Below, in pieces: positions 63,540 through 64,000 of a DNA stretch of 64,000 nt. The notes beneath the pieces are model-generated. The model was not told where the DNA came from. It saw only the letters and a program-made list of their open reading frames with translations, and did no database searches. The position numbers and the translations under genes were made by a program. Position 1 is the first letter of the stretch, and the number at the start of each line of letters is the position of its first letter. This stretch comes from Torpedo marmorata (taxonomy: Eukaryota), in contig OZ360242.1 in assembly GCA_977017645.1 (NCBI GenBank), forward strand, positions 28,582,001-28,646,000, written 5' to 3'.

Positions 63540-64000
63540 CTGAAAATAAATAAACATTTAATGAACGACAACCACAGCAAAATATTTTGTACTTTATCTT
63601 GACTTTCATTTCATCTGGATAAATGGATAGAGATTAAAAAAATGGGATGTTGGATTTGAATAAGCTTTCAGGATGCAATATTTTGAGTCGCTCAGCAAAA
63701 GGCTCACATCGGGCACCAGAAACGGGGAGAACATCCCCCGTTGAGAAGGAGAAGCATAGGAGATGACCCTACAGAAAGGTGACCATGGCAGCGGACCAGC
63801 GAGGGGCTCAGTGGCTGTAGGACCCACATAGGCTATGGGCCGCTGGAGACTTGCGGTCAAAGTATCCACACAGGCTGGGGGCTGCTGGTGACTTGCGTCG
63901 AAGGACCCACACAAGCTGGGGGCTGCTGGGGACTGGTTCCAAGGAACCAGGCATTAGAACCTGGATTCGGGAGGGTGCTGAAGCCAAGAAGAGCCCCCGA

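Larger units (their letters stand above)
53790..64000. repeat. Segmental direct repeat, right copy (runs off the window edge)
   Basis: e.g. ORF pairs 14058-14366/63249-63557, 10366-10563/58099-58296, 5969-6196/55924-56151. Confidence 0.95.

Noticed and set aside
53790-64000. Assembly false duplication (uncollapsed haplotypes)
   Set aside because: The copies differ by three clean insertions and grade into 50%-identity exons. Each copy itself contains the exon 34-to-1 junction, so a multi-unit gene remains even if one copy were artefactual.

Overview
Vertebrate genomic DNA; the repeat content (V-SINEs, Penelope GIY-YIG remnants, CR1, Rex1, fish-type L1) points to a cartilaginous fish. The whole window lies inside one minus-strand gene of the mesothelin/otoancorin/stereocilin family. 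By hand I traced 48 GT-AG exons (63539 down to 1934; 5979 nt, 1993 codons) with compatible phases at every junction and no start, stop, signal-peptide or GPI exon. The gene is a head-to-tail concatemer of an entire mesothelin-like gene body: one complete ~49.2-kb unit (34 exons, 4341 nt, 1447 aa), plus the last exon of the previous unit and the first 13 exons of the next. Where mesothelin normally ends (after GGIPN), three microexons of 20, 22 and 28 nt splice into the next unit. Neighbouring units range from near-identical to about 50% amino-acid identity. Introns hold four L1 insertions (one flanked by a ~250-bp direct repeat, one 5'-inverted and nested in an LTR inside a CR1 fragment), two internally deleted Gypsy elements, a solo LTR, Rex1, CR1, Penelope remnants with hammerhead-like cores, V-SINEs and MITEs. 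The gene model has no transcript evidence.
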